A stretch of DNA of 64,000 bases, taken from assembly GCA_964350315.1 (NCBI GenBank), contig CAYGJD010000001.1:127084-191083 (forward strand). The letters are read 5' to 3'. This stretch comes from an uncultured bacterium (lineage in GTDB: Bacteria > Chlamydiota > Chlamydiia > Chlamydiales > 2-12-FULL-49-11). Shown here piece by piece: positions 39,234-48,075 of this stretch. Positions within the stretch are counted from its first letter, which is position 1; each line of letters begins with the position of its first letter. The translations under genes were made by a program, and so were the position numbers. The notes under the pieces were generated by a model. The model saw only the letters and a list, made by a program, of their open reading frames with translations. It was not told the DNA's origin and ran no database searches.

Positions 39234-39956
39234 CTATAATTTGAGAAATGGTGGTTCGCTTTCTTGTGAGGAGGTCTCCCCGACTATCATGACAATTTTC
39301 CCTTCTTTCATTTTTGCAACGCGATTTGCAAAGGGTTGAAGGCGAACGTCTGTTATGGTAGAAATAATAGTAGTGTCATGGTCATAAGCAAGTTCTTTAA
39401 GAAAGGTCAAAAGTTTGACTGATGCAGAATGATCGAGACTTGATGTTGGCTCATCGTAGATCAACACTTTAGGAAGAAGTGCTAACGATCTAGCAATCGA
39501 AGTAAGACTCTTTTCTGCTTCACTTAACATTTTTGGATAATCATCTTTTTGTTTGATTAACCCGACTTGGTCTAAAACTTCTAAAGCGCGTTTTTTTGCA
39601 TCTTTTGCTCGCATTCCTATTAAATACATTGGAGCGATAACGTTTTCAAAGATCGTATAGGAATTAATGAGGGTGGGTTTTTGAAAAACGTAACCAATAT
39701 GTCTAAGACGGAATTCTGAAGCTTCTTTGTCGCTTAATTCAAATAGATTTGTTCCATGAATCTCACATGTTCCGCTTGTTGGCTTGAGAAGACCGCCTAT
39801 AATTGATAATAGGGTTGTTTTCCCTGATCTTGATGGCCCTGTAATTACAAATAGCTCACCTTCTTCAACCTCAAAAGAAACATCTTCAAGCGCAACTTTT
39901 TCTTCGCCCTTGGCTGGGTAGATTTTTTTAATGTTTTGAACATAACATGCGGTCAT
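39234..39956 (-). CDS. ABC transporter ATP-binding protein (LolD/MacB type) with degenerate motifs
   Basis: Walker A GPSRSGKT, Q-loop GYVFQ and Walker B LIYDEPT. The signature reads LSEAE and the H-loop reads STITD. Start from the ATGA overlap at 39953-39956. Confidence 0.85.
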   Translation of the reverse strand: MTACYVQNIKKIYPAKGEEKVALEDVSFEVEEGELFVITGPSRSGKTTLLSIIGGLLKPTSGTCEIHGTNLFELSDKEASEFRLRHIGYVFQKPTLINSYTIFENVIAPMYLIGMRAKDAKKRALEVLDQVGLIKQKDDYPKMLSEAEKSLTSIARSLALLPKVLIYDEPTSSLDHSASVKLLTFLKELAYDHDTTIISTITDVRLQPFANRVAKMKEGKIVMIVGETSSQESEPPFLKL

Positions 39957-41065
39957 ATTTTTAGGGCTCCTTCCACTTTGATAAGGGTAGCTTTTGATAA
40001 AGCTACGATTGCAGCGGTTATAAAAGAACAAAATGTAATGATTGCAACGATGTCAAAATTTGGAGAAAAGACAAACGTTCCTGCAGGCATGAAGATTAGG
40101 AGTGCCATGTTGAATGTTAGAGCTAAAATGATTGCTGCTGTTACCGTCAGGAAAGTGTTGAAAAGGATAAGACCTATAATAGTTTCCTTCGAGGCACCCA
40201 GTGTTTTATAGAGAAGAAGCTCCCCTTGGATTTGCTCAGATATTGAAATAAGAGTGGCCAGTATGATACCTACTGCTAAGATTAGGCCGCAAAGCACAAC
40301 GGCAAAAAAAGCGTGAGGTAGTCCTGTATCTTTCATTGTTGTTGCTAAAATTAACTTAGAAAACTCACTTTTATCAAAAGCCTTCAGTCTTGTTGCCTCT
40401 TCTATTGCAACTTTTAGTTTTTTTACATCTGTTGAAGGATTTTTTTTGATCAATATAAAGGGGAAGTTTTGATGGTGATTTTTTGTGATTTTTTTTGCCC
40501 AGTCTATTGATGTGATGACTAAAGGAGGTTGTGCAATTCTTTTTGGGTAGGAAAAGATCCCCACAATTGTTGAGTTGATGTTGGCGGATTTTAGCCGAGA
40601 GCCAAGTCGAAGAGAAAGTTTCTTGCTTGTAAGGCCATCTACTAAGATACCGCTTTCATAGTGTAGATTTTGAGGCTTCCCTTTCGTGAAGTTTATAGGA
40701 AATGCAAAAGAAGTGTTCAAATCGATCCCAACAATATTGGCGTCAAGACGCCTCTTTGTTAAAGAAGAGAATTCGTTTTTTGCTATATATAATGGAGAAG
40801 TTTCACTCACACCCTCAAGAGATTTTATTTTGAATAAATCTTGGTCGCTTAATCCCCCTGTTTGAGAGAAGGATTTTGTGTTTTGATCCATCACCCACAC
40901 GTCAACATTTGGGAGAAGTTTGACGATTGAATATGTTCTTGTAAGAGCAACACCAAACATGGTAGTTTCGTAGATAATGAAGAAAAATGAGAGACTTAAA
41001 ATTATGATGGGCAAAGCAAACTCACGCCATCTAGCGAGCAATCCCATTGTAGCTATTTTAAGCAA
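39953..41065 (-). CDS. ABC transporter permease (FtsX/MacB/DevC-like)
   Basis: N-terminal TM, periplasmic domain (DVWV, IVGID), three C-terminal TMs and YKTLGAS. Start set at TTG 41065 after AAGGGG. Confidence 0.8.
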   Translation of the reverse strand: MLKIATMGLLARWREFALPIIILSLSFFFIIYETTMFGVALTRTYSIVKLLPNVDVWVMDQNTKSFSQTGGLSDQDLFKIKSLEGVSETSPLYIAKNEFSSLTKRRLDANIVGIDLNTSFAFPINFTKGKPQNLHYESGILVDGLTSKKLSLRLGSRLKSANINSTIVGIFSYPKRIAQPPLVITSIDWAKKITKNHHQNFPFILIKKNPSTDVKKLKVAIEEATRLKAFDKSEFSKLILATTMKDTGLPHAFFAVVLCGLILAVGIILATLISISEQIQGELLLYKTLGASKETIIGLILFNTFLTVTAAIILALTFNMALLIFMPAGTFVFSPNFDIVAIITFCSFITAAIVALSKATLIKVEGALKI

Positions 41066-41126
41066 AACCAGCCCCTTATATTGCGAAAACAGAGTAAAAT
41101 TCAACCTAGCATAGGTAGGAAATATT

Positions 41127-41291
41127 ATGAAAGATGCAAAAAGAGAAAAACCAACGAAACTAGAAGATTCTACAAAAGATGTATTGTTGGAACTATTAGA
41201 ACGTGCAAAAAAAATGGACGAAAACATCGATGATCACCAAGGGCATATTATAGGTGATCGATTGGGAAAGCTTCCTGCTACAAAAGAGTAA
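41127..41291 (+). CDS. Small hypothetical protein, 54 aa, below the ORF track cut-off
   Basis: AGGTAGGA RBS, ATG at 41127 and TAA at 41289-41291: MKDAKREKPTKLEDSTKDVLLELLERAKKMDENIDDHQGHIIGDRLGKLPATKE. Confidence 0.6.
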   Translation: MKDAKREKPTKLEDSTKDVLLELLERAKKMDENIDDHQGHIIGDRLGKLPATKE

Positions 41292-41302
41292 AAAGGATCT
41301 GG

Positions 41303-42139
41303 CTATTGCCCTTCAATTTTCCCAATAGTTGTCACCCCCTTAGTGTCTCTAAGATAAAAGGCATACCATGCAATTGCGTTTTGAGTGCCAACATGAATCT
41401 CCCCCCCTGCAATTTTTCTGTTCTCTGCCATTACTTGATCATAAGAATAGCCCCCATATTGCATCATGTAACAAGCTGCAATTTCGCCAACACGATCTGT
41501 TCCAGCTCTACAGTGTGCATAAAGGACAACTTCTCTTTCACACCGAGTAGTAACCATAGTTCGTAAGTTTTTTAAAAAGATTCTGAGTTGCTTGACTTTG
41601 TGTTGTGCAATTTCTTCTCTTCGCACTTCTCTGCTCAATCCAATAGGACTATCTTGAATTCCGTATAAAGGATGAGACCAATAACAACCAAGAGATGGGT
41701 TTTTTCTGTACCACTCTTTTTCAATAGCAGTAAATCGCAACTCATCTGGAGCGCTTAAAAGTGAAATGTCAACTAAGAGAAAATCAGTTGATAAAGAGAG
41801 GCCTTTTGCACTTAGGCGTTCTCTGATCGTCTTTTCAAGCTCATCATAGGCAAATTTATTGTCGATGATAGGGATATTCCCTCTAACAAAGAAGTTGCCT
41901 CGGTTGTAGTCAACTACAACAACTAACTCTGGTTCAAATGTTTCTTGATTCTCAGTAAGATAGGCACCATCAGTTGAGATCGTTGGGACCTCGTTCTCAA
42001 CTACTTCATCGTTTTTCTGAGAGATTTCAACTTTTTCATCAGGCACATTGTCACAACAAGGGCCAGGCCCTCTCGTCTCGCAAGAAAAGACTACTAAAGA
42101 AGCAATAATGACAGTCATTATTTTTGAGATTATTCGCAT
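41303..42139 (-). CDS. Lipoprotein with a dual-specificity/PTP-like phosphatase domain
   Basis: Lipobox VFSC; FFVRGNIP; P-loop YAHCRAGTDRVG. Confidence 0.8.
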   Translation of the reverse strand: MRIISKIMTVIIASLVVFSCETRGPGPCCDNVPDEKVEISQKNDEVVENEVPTISTDGAYLTENQETFEPELVVVVDYNRGNFFVRGNIPIIDNKFAYDELEKTIRERLSAKGLSLSTDFLLVDISLLSAPDELRFTAIEKEWYRKNPSLGCYWSHPLYGIQDSPIGLSREVRREEIAQHKVKQLRIFLKNLRTMVTTRCEREVVLYAHCRAGTDRVGEIAACYMMQYGGYSYDQVMAENRKIAGGEIHVGTQNAIAWYAFYLRDTKGVTTIGKIEGQ

Positions 42140-42441
42140 TTTGAACCTAATTAAAAGTTTTTATTATTATTATAACACTTCTAATGGTTTTCAATTTTCT
42201 TTGGATTTAGGCAACTATTGGCGCAGATTTTGGATAGGGGCTCGCCTGGTCAATTCACGAGCTTAGAATACAAATTACCCTCGCCTTGCAATCAAAAGAC
42301 CATCAGAATCTACCATAGAGCGTAGTCACTCATTATCAATAGCTTGCGATTCTGCTGTCAACAAATACCTTTAAATTAATTATGGGTTCGTTTATAATAA
42401 TTATTATACATTTATAATAATAATCTAATTTGGAGTTATTT

Positions 42442-43437
42442 ATGGCTTTTAGTGTAGAGTTGCCAAGAACCCAGAATGCCGCGCTCTGGGAATCAATTGG
42501 CCCAGAAAAAAGCCCCGAGGCTGCTGTTTTACAAGAATTATTCGATAAAGGCTGTAGCAAGGAATTTGACCAAGCCAGGGGTCGTTATGAAGGAGCTGGT
42601 CTTGATTTTAGACTGACCAAGGGAAGGGCCTTTAGGATAATAGACTCTGAAAACACGACAACAGTTCGGATTCAGTTTCAAGTTAAAGGAGGCTGCTTTA
42701 CCTGGTATATTTTGGCACCGATGGATGAAACCAAACAATCCTTTAGAGACGAGGTTTACGGTTGCGCGGGCCTTGGTCACCTAAAGGTTTCAAGGCATTG
42801 TGAGAAGTATTGGAGAGGAACCAACTCACTTCACGTAAAAAAAATGCACACCCATGAAGATGAATCAGGATTCAATCACAACCACTACCGGATGAAAGAC
42901 TGTGATGTCGATACAGTAGCAGTTTATGAACATCTAAATGGATTTGTTGAGTCTCAAAGAGAGCTAAAATTGTTTGATCCTACAGGAAGAGAAAAGTTCC
43001 TTGATGCTAAAGAAGCTGATATGATTTATAAGCGCTTTGAAGAGTTCTGGGTTAAAGCTACTTACGTTGGGCCCGGAAGGACAATTTCTTTAGGAGACAG
43101 AGTAATCACCGTGCTATCAAGAAAAGTGAGTGAAATAGAAGAGTACAAAAGTCGTCCTGATCAACTTTTAACTGAGGAAGATCTTAAAGAGTGGGAAGAA
43201 AATAAGGCTAAAGAAGAGCCTTGCTTGGTCATTCTAAATTGGGAGTCTATGAATCCCAGTGAACGTTTAAAAGCTATTGCAGAAGGTATGCGTGGTCTTG
43301 GATCTGAGCTTGCTCAAACAAGGCAAATAGAGGGTTCTAGCTATAAGGCATACTCTGCAGTTGTTGCAAGAGATGACAGAGTAACTGAGATTTTAAGCGA
43401 TGATATAGAAGTCAGCGGTGAATCAGATGCGGTATAA
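42442..43437 (+). CDS. Hypothetical protein
   Basis: GGAG RBS before ATG 42442; about 331 aa; His cluster HVKKMHTHED..FNHNHY. Confidence 0.7.
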   Translation: MAFSVELPRTQNAALWESIGPEKSPEAAVLQELFDKGCSKEFDQARGRYEGAGLDFRLTKGRAFRIIDSENTTTVRIQFQVKGGCFTWYILAPMDETKQSFRDEVYGCAGLGHLKVSRHCEKYWRGTNSLHVKKMHTHEDESGFNHNHYRMKDCDVDTVAVYEHLNGFVESQRELKLFDPTGREKFLDAKEADMIYKRFEEFWVKATYVGPGRTISLGDRVITVLSRKVSEIEEYKSRPDQLLTEEDLKEWEENKAKEEPCLVILNWESMNPSERLKAIAEGMRGLGSELAQTRQIEGSSYKAYSAVVARDDRVTEILSDDIEVSGESDAV

Positions 43438-43470
43438 TGACGTTTATGTGTAAGTGTTTTGTCGTTCTTG

Positions 43471-43893
43471 TTACAGATCCTGCTTATCCGCGATAAGCGC
43501 GGCTGCTTCGAAATGAAGTTTTGACATCGCTGCTGATCTTGCGTGCATTAGGCCAAATGGTCCATCCTTAATGATTTCATTGAATTTAGGGTGGGCAATA
43601 ATTTTTTTTATTAGCTGGACGTTTCCGTCTTGGCAAGAAAACCAAAGAGCTCTACCTAAGCCACTCTCCCCATTAGGGTCAAGATTATTGCTTATTGCGC
43701 AGGTTAAGATCTTAGAAGCTAGCACAAAATCACTCACTGAAGCTGCAAGAACAAGTACCCCCCCCCAATATGAAGGCGTGTATTCTGGACGGTTTAATGC
43801 GGCATTAAGCCCATCCTCAGAGTGTTTCTCAATTTCAAAATAAAGATTAGACAGTAGATTGGTATTGAGGTTTTCAAATGGAGGTATATAAAT
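43471..43893 (-). CDS. Ankyrin-repeat-like protein, possible ATT start
   Basis: GRALWFSCQDGNVQLIKKII and GLMHA..AAMSKLHFEAAALI. The frame stays open upstream of the track's GTG to an ATT 7 nt after AAGGAG. Confidence 0.55.
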   Translation of the reverse strand: MYIPPFENLNTNLLSNLYFEIEKHSEDGLNAALNRPEYTPSYWGGVLVLAASVSDFVLASKILTCAISNNLDPNGESGLGRALWFSCQDGNVQLIKKIIAHPKFNEIIKDGPFGLMHARSAAMSKLHFEAAALIADKQDL

Positions 43894-44118
43894 AATAATT
43901 CTCCTTGTTCTTAGATGTAATAATTGTACCTGATACTCTATTACTTTTCTACATGTTATATTTCGTTAATTAAGTCCTGTCGAATGCAGATCCAATGAAG
44001 GACGAAACAAAGCAGTTATTTTGAAAAATGTACTTTTACAGAAAAAAACTATGTTTTTGTCCAACAATAGTTTTAAGTAAATTTTATGAGTGTATCTCGT
44101 GATATGAATTTATACGTT

Positions 44119-44191
44119 TAGCGGCTGTCGGACTCGAACCAACGACCTGCGGATTATGATTCCGATGCTCTACCAACTGAGCTAAGCCGCC
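44119..44191 (-). tRNA. tRNA-Met (CAT), elongator type (Ile2 not fully excluded)
   Basis: Reverse complement GGCGGCTTAGCTCAGTTGGTAGAGCATCGGAATCATAATCCGCAGGTCGTTGGTTCGAGTCCGACAGCCGCTA. Confidence 0.92.
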
Positions 44192-44204
44192 TGAGCAATA
44201 AAAA

Positions 44205-44277
44205 TAGCGGGGGACAGACTCGAACTGCCGACCTTTGGGTTATGAGCCCAACGAGCTTCCAACTGCTCCACCCCGCG
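44205..44277 (-). tRNA. Initiator tRNA-fMet (CAT)
   Basis: Reverse complement CGCGGGGTGGAGCAGTTGGAAGCTCGTTGGGCTCATAACCCAAAGGTCGGCAGTTCGAGTCTGTCCCCCGCTA; unpaired C1 and GGG/CCC in the anticodon stem. Confidence 0.95.
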
Positions 44278-44311
44278 ATAACTCGTTAATACGGTATTAA
44301 ACTAAGGGGCA

Positions 44312-44340
44312 AGTCTAACAAACGTTTTCTTTTTCTACAA
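44312..44340 (-). promoter_or_regulatory. Sigma70-type promoter for the tRNA-fMet/Met pair
   Basis: Minus strand TTGTAG-N17-TAGACT, about 35 nt upstream of tRNA-fMet. Confidence 0.5.
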
Positions 44341-45564
44341 CTTTTTAATGATTTCCCATGATCTTTCTGTCGCTCCTGCAACTTCATCAATCAATGTGTC
44401 CATTCCAGACTCCTTTTCGGTGTTGCCAAGATAGGATTCTAGTGTTTCTTTAAGGTGATTTAATTCAACCTGTCTTCCAACATTGTGCTTTTTAAAAGTA
44501 TCTACGAGAATTTCTTGATTATGCATATAGGGGCCGTATACAACTGGAATGCCAAATCTTGCAGGCTCAAATATATTATGCCCGCCAATGTTTTTTACGA
44601 AGCTTCCGCCAACAATTGCAACATTTGACATTTTAAAGCACTCGTCTAAAACGCCCATCATATCTATTAAGATAACGCGCTCGTCCCCTTTCCCCTCTTC
44701 ATTAATCTTTCTATAACTAATGTTGCGAGTTTCAAGTAAATTTGCGACTTTTTCAAAACGCTGTGGGTGTCTTGGAGCAATCATTAGGCATACAGAATCA
44801 TCCATAGATTTGAGTGCTTCTAAAATCAGCTCTTCCTCACCTTCATGAGTTGAGGCTATTGTGACAATGCGTTTTCCTTTAGGAAAATTTAGCGTAGCCT
44901 TGGGGGTCATTATTGTTGAAGCATCAAACTTAATGTTTCCTGTAACACAAATACGCTCGCTTGGTACTCCCATGTCTTGAAATCGTTTTTTATGTTCTTC
45001 TGTTTGCAAACATAAAATGTCAAAAGAATTGAAGATCTTTTTTGCATAAGCTGGGAAAGCTTTATACCTTTCATAAGACTTGAGCGATATTCTTCCGTTA
45101 ACAAGAGCAATTTTTGTGCCGTGAGCTTTCAAGCTGTTAAGAAGGTTGGGCCAGTAGTCGTTTTCTACCAGAATGAATAGATCAGGATCAATGTTTTTAA
45201 CAAGTCTGTGTGATCTCCAAGAAAAATCTATTGGAAGGTAAAATGCATGATCAAAAATATCTTTTCGTTTTTTTGATTGTTCGTGTCCTGTTTTTGTTAT
45301 AGAGGTCTTAATGATCTCTACGTCTGGTAGCTCTCTTTTAACTCTTGCAACAAACTCTTCTATCGCTTTTGTCTCACCTAAAGAAACAGCATGAACCCAA
45401 ATTCGAATTTTCCCTTCTTTTCTTGCAGGGATTTTTGGGGAATTCCAACCAAGGCTTGCCCAAAGATCTTGTTTGAATTCTCGCTTTAATATCAACACAG
45501 CAGACATTTTAATTAGATTAACTGCCATTAAGGAGAGAAGTGCAAAGTTGACTAAAGTTTTCAT
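44335..45564 (-). CDS. waaA: Kdo transferase
   Basis: IWVHAVSLGE, YLPID, ENDYWPN, NGRIS, TGNIKFD, ASTHEGEE, APRHPQRF, GGSF and GGHNIFEPA. Confidence 0.95.
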   Translation of the reverse strand: MKTLVNFALLSLMAVNLIKMSAVLILKREFKQDLWASLGWNSPKIPARKEGKIRIWVHAVSLGETKAIEEFVARVKRELPDVEIIKTSITKTGHEQSKKRKDIFDHAFYLPIDFSWRSHRLVKNIDPDLFILVENDYWPNLLNSLKAHGTKIALVNGRISLKSYERYKAFPAYAKKIFNSFDILCLQTEEHKKRFQDMGVPSERICVTGNIKFDASTIMTPKATLNFPKGKRIVTIASTHEGEEELILEALKSMDDSVCLMIAPRHPQRFEKVANLLETRNISYRKINEEGKGDERVILIDMMGVLDECFKMSNVAIVGGSFVKNIGGHNIFEPARFGIPVVYGPYMHNQEILVDTFKKHNVGRQVELNHLKETLESYLGNTEKESGMDTLIDEVAGATERSWEIIKKL

Positions 45565-48062
45565 TTTACCACCAGATTTACCAATTTGTCTGGAACGTAT
45601 ATTTCTTTTACGATTTCTCCTTCAAGGTATTTTTTAACGTTTGGGTCGTCTTTTGCAAACGCAAGAACTTCTTCTTTGGAAGCGCCCCTATTAAAATCCC
45701 CTTTGCCACGAAGCTTTCCATTTACTTGGATGACAATTGTAACTTCTTCATCTTCCAAGCATGATTCATCATATGTAGGAAAAGGAAGGTAGGACATGGT
45801 CTCCTCTTTGCCACCAAGAATTTGCCAACACTCTTCACCAAAGTGCGGTGCAAAAGGGAAAACAAGTTTGGCTAGTTTTTTCAACGCACTTCTAGGGTAT
45901 TTTTCTAAAGATGAGAAGTAATTGATAAATTCCATCATTTTTGCAATTGCTGTGTTAAATGACATTTTCTCAAGATCTTCATCAACACCTTTGACAAGTC
46001 GATTGATTAACTTTTTAGCTTCACCACTCTCTTCTTCTTCTGAGATCTTACTCTCATCTGTCATCATTTCATAAACTCGATTCAAGAATCGCTTTGCGCC
46101 GCTAACTGCATCGCTTTGCCATATTTTCTCTTTATCAAATGGTGTCATAAAGAGTTCATAGATGCGCAGGGCGTCAGCCCCATATGCCTCAATCATTTCA
46201 TCTGGAGAAACACCATTGAGTTTTGATTTGGACATTTTTTCAACGAGGGAAGAGACCTTTTCATCAGAGCCTTTAATTACATAATTGTCTTCACTGATTT
46301 TCTCGATATCACACTCTTGAACATACCCTCCTGCAGCTCTTTTATAAGACTTGGAAGTAACAAGTCCTTGATTGCACATGGTTTTAAATGGTTCGTTTGT
46401 TGAAACAAGACCGATATCAAAGAAGACTTTATGCCAAAATCGAGCATAAAGTAGGTGTAAAACGGCATGTTCAACACCTCCAATATATCGATCAACCGGC
46501 ATCCAGTATTGCTCTGCTTCTTTGGAGAATGGTTCTTTATCGTTATGTGGATCGCAAAAGCGTAGATAGTACCAACAAGAACCTGCCCACTGTGGCATCG
46601 TATTAGTTTCTCTAAGAGCTTTTTTTCCTGTTTTGGGGTCAATGACCTCTACCCACTCTCTTACTTTAGCAAGTGGAGAGTTTCCGTCTGGGGAAGGTTT
46701 GTAGTCTTCCATCATTGGCGGTGTTAGCGGAAGCTCATCAAGAGTCAGTGCGCGTTTTGTGCCATCTTCTAGGTGGAGAATAGGAAATGGTTCTCCCCAG
46801 TAACGTTGTCTTGAAAAAAGCCAATCTCTTAACTTAAAGTTGACCTTTCGCTCACCTAGCCCTTTTCCTTCTAAAAAGTCTGCAACAAGATCTTTTGCTT
46901 CTTGCATCGACTTTGCTTTTGAAAGGTCTACATTGTCGTTTGTACTGTTGATGTAGTGCCCTTCATCTGTACAAGTTGTAATCTTTGGAAGGTCATATTT
47001 CTCAACAAATTGCGCATCACGTGTGTCGTGCGCAGGGACTCCCATAACAGCACCTGTTCCATAAGAGGTCAGAACGTAATCGGCGATCCAAACAGGGATC
47101 TTTTCTTGATTGATGGGGTTGTAGACATAAGTTCCTGAGAAAACTCCAGTTTTCTCTTTTGCAAGTTCTGTTCTTTCAAGGTCGCTCTTGCTCTGGCAAC
47201 TTTTTATATAAGTAGAAACTTCATCTTTTTGTTTTTTTGTGGTGAGGTCTTTAATTAATGGGTGTTCTGGAGCTACCGCAATAAAAGTCGTTCCAAAAAG
47301 AGTGTCATGTCTAGTCGTATAAGTTGTAACGATTTTATCTTCTTTATCTACGACCTTAAAATGTACATTCACCCCTTCAGATCTTCCAATCCAGTTTCTC
47401 TGCAGGGTTTTAAGGTAATCGGGCCACTCTAAATCATCTAAATCATCAAGAAGGCGTTGGGCATATTCTGTAATTTTTAAAATCCACTGCTTAAGAGGTC
47501 TTCTTTCTACAGGATATCCACCCTCAATACTTTTGCCGTCTTCAACTTCTTCATTTGCTAGAACAGTTCCAAGCATAGGGCAAAAATTGACAGTCATTTC
47601 AGCTTCATAGGCAAGTCCTTTTTCAAATAGCTTAATGAACAGCCATTGAGTCCACTTATAGTATTTAGGATCGCTACTTGCAAATTCACGTGTCCAGTCG
47701 TAACTTAGTCCTAGAGCTTTGAGCTGCCTTCTGTATGTATTGATGTTTTTTTCTGTAGTAACAGCAGGATGAGTTCCTGTACGAATGGCGTATTGTTCGG
47801 CAGGGAGTCCAAAGCTGTCCCATCCCATTGGCTGAAGAACGTTAAATCCTTTTTGTCTTTTATAACGGGCTATCACATCACAACCAGTGTAACCTACAAC
47901 ATGCCCTACGTGAAGTCCGGCACCTGATGGATAAGGAAACATTGTTAAAGCATAGTATTTTGGTTTACTTTTATCGACTTCACATCTGTATGTTTGATTT
48001 GCTTCCCAAAAGGCTTGCCATTTCTTTTCTATTTCTTCTGGGTAGTATTTTTTTCCAGCCAT
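45561..48062 (-). CDS. leuS: Leucine--tRNA ligase
   Basis: MFPYPSGAGLHVGH, GWDSFGLPAE, RDWLFSRQRYWGEP, GGVEHAVLHLLYARF, KMSKS and QVNGKLR. Confidence 0.98.
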   Translation of the reverse strand: MAGKKYYPEEIEKKWQAFWEANQTYRCEVDKSKPKYYALTMFPYPSGAGLHVGHVVGYTGCDVIARYKRQKGFNVLQPMGWDSFGLPAEQYAIRTGTHPAVTTEKNINTYRRQLKALGLSYDWTREFASSDPKYYKWTQWLFIKLFEKGLAYEAEMTVNFCPMLGTVLANEEVEDGKSIEGGYPVERRPLKQWILKITEYAQRLLDDLDDLEWPDYLKTLQRNWIGRSEGVNVHFKVVDKEDKIVTTYTTRHDTLFGTTFIAVAPEHPLIKDLTTKKQKDEVSTYIKSCQSKSDLERTELAKEKTGVFSGTYVYNPINQEKIPVWIADYVLTSYGTGAVMGVPAHDTRDAQFVEKYDLPKITTCTDEGHYINSTNDNVDLSKAKSMQEAKDLVADFLEGKGLGERKVNFKLRDWLFSRQRYWGEPFPILHLEDGTKRALTLDELPLTPPMMEDYKPSPDGNSPLAKVREWVEVIDPKTGKKALRETNTMPQWAGSCWYYLRFCDPHNDKEPFSKEAEQYWMPVDRYIGGVEHAVLHLLYARFWHKVFFDIGLVSTNEPFKTMCNQGLVTSKSYKRAAGGYVQECDIEKISEDNYVIKGSDEKVSSLVEKMSKSKLNGVSPDEMIEAYGADALRIYELFMTPFDKEKIWQSDAVSGAKRFLNRVYEMMTDESKISEEEESGEAKKLINRLVKGVDEDLEKMSFNTAIAKMMEFINYFSSLEKYPRSALKKLAKLVFPFAPHFGEECWQILGGKEETMSYLPFPTYDESCLEDEEVTIVIQVNGKLRGKGDFNRGASKEEVLAFAKDDPNVKKYLEGEIVKEIYVPDKLVNLVVK

Positions 48063-48075
48063 TGATCGATTTCCC

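Noticed and set aside
41066-41227. N-terminal extension of the permease in the ORF track
   Set aside because: It is the antisense of the 54-aa plus-strand ORF, and a better RBS plus TTG exists at 41065.
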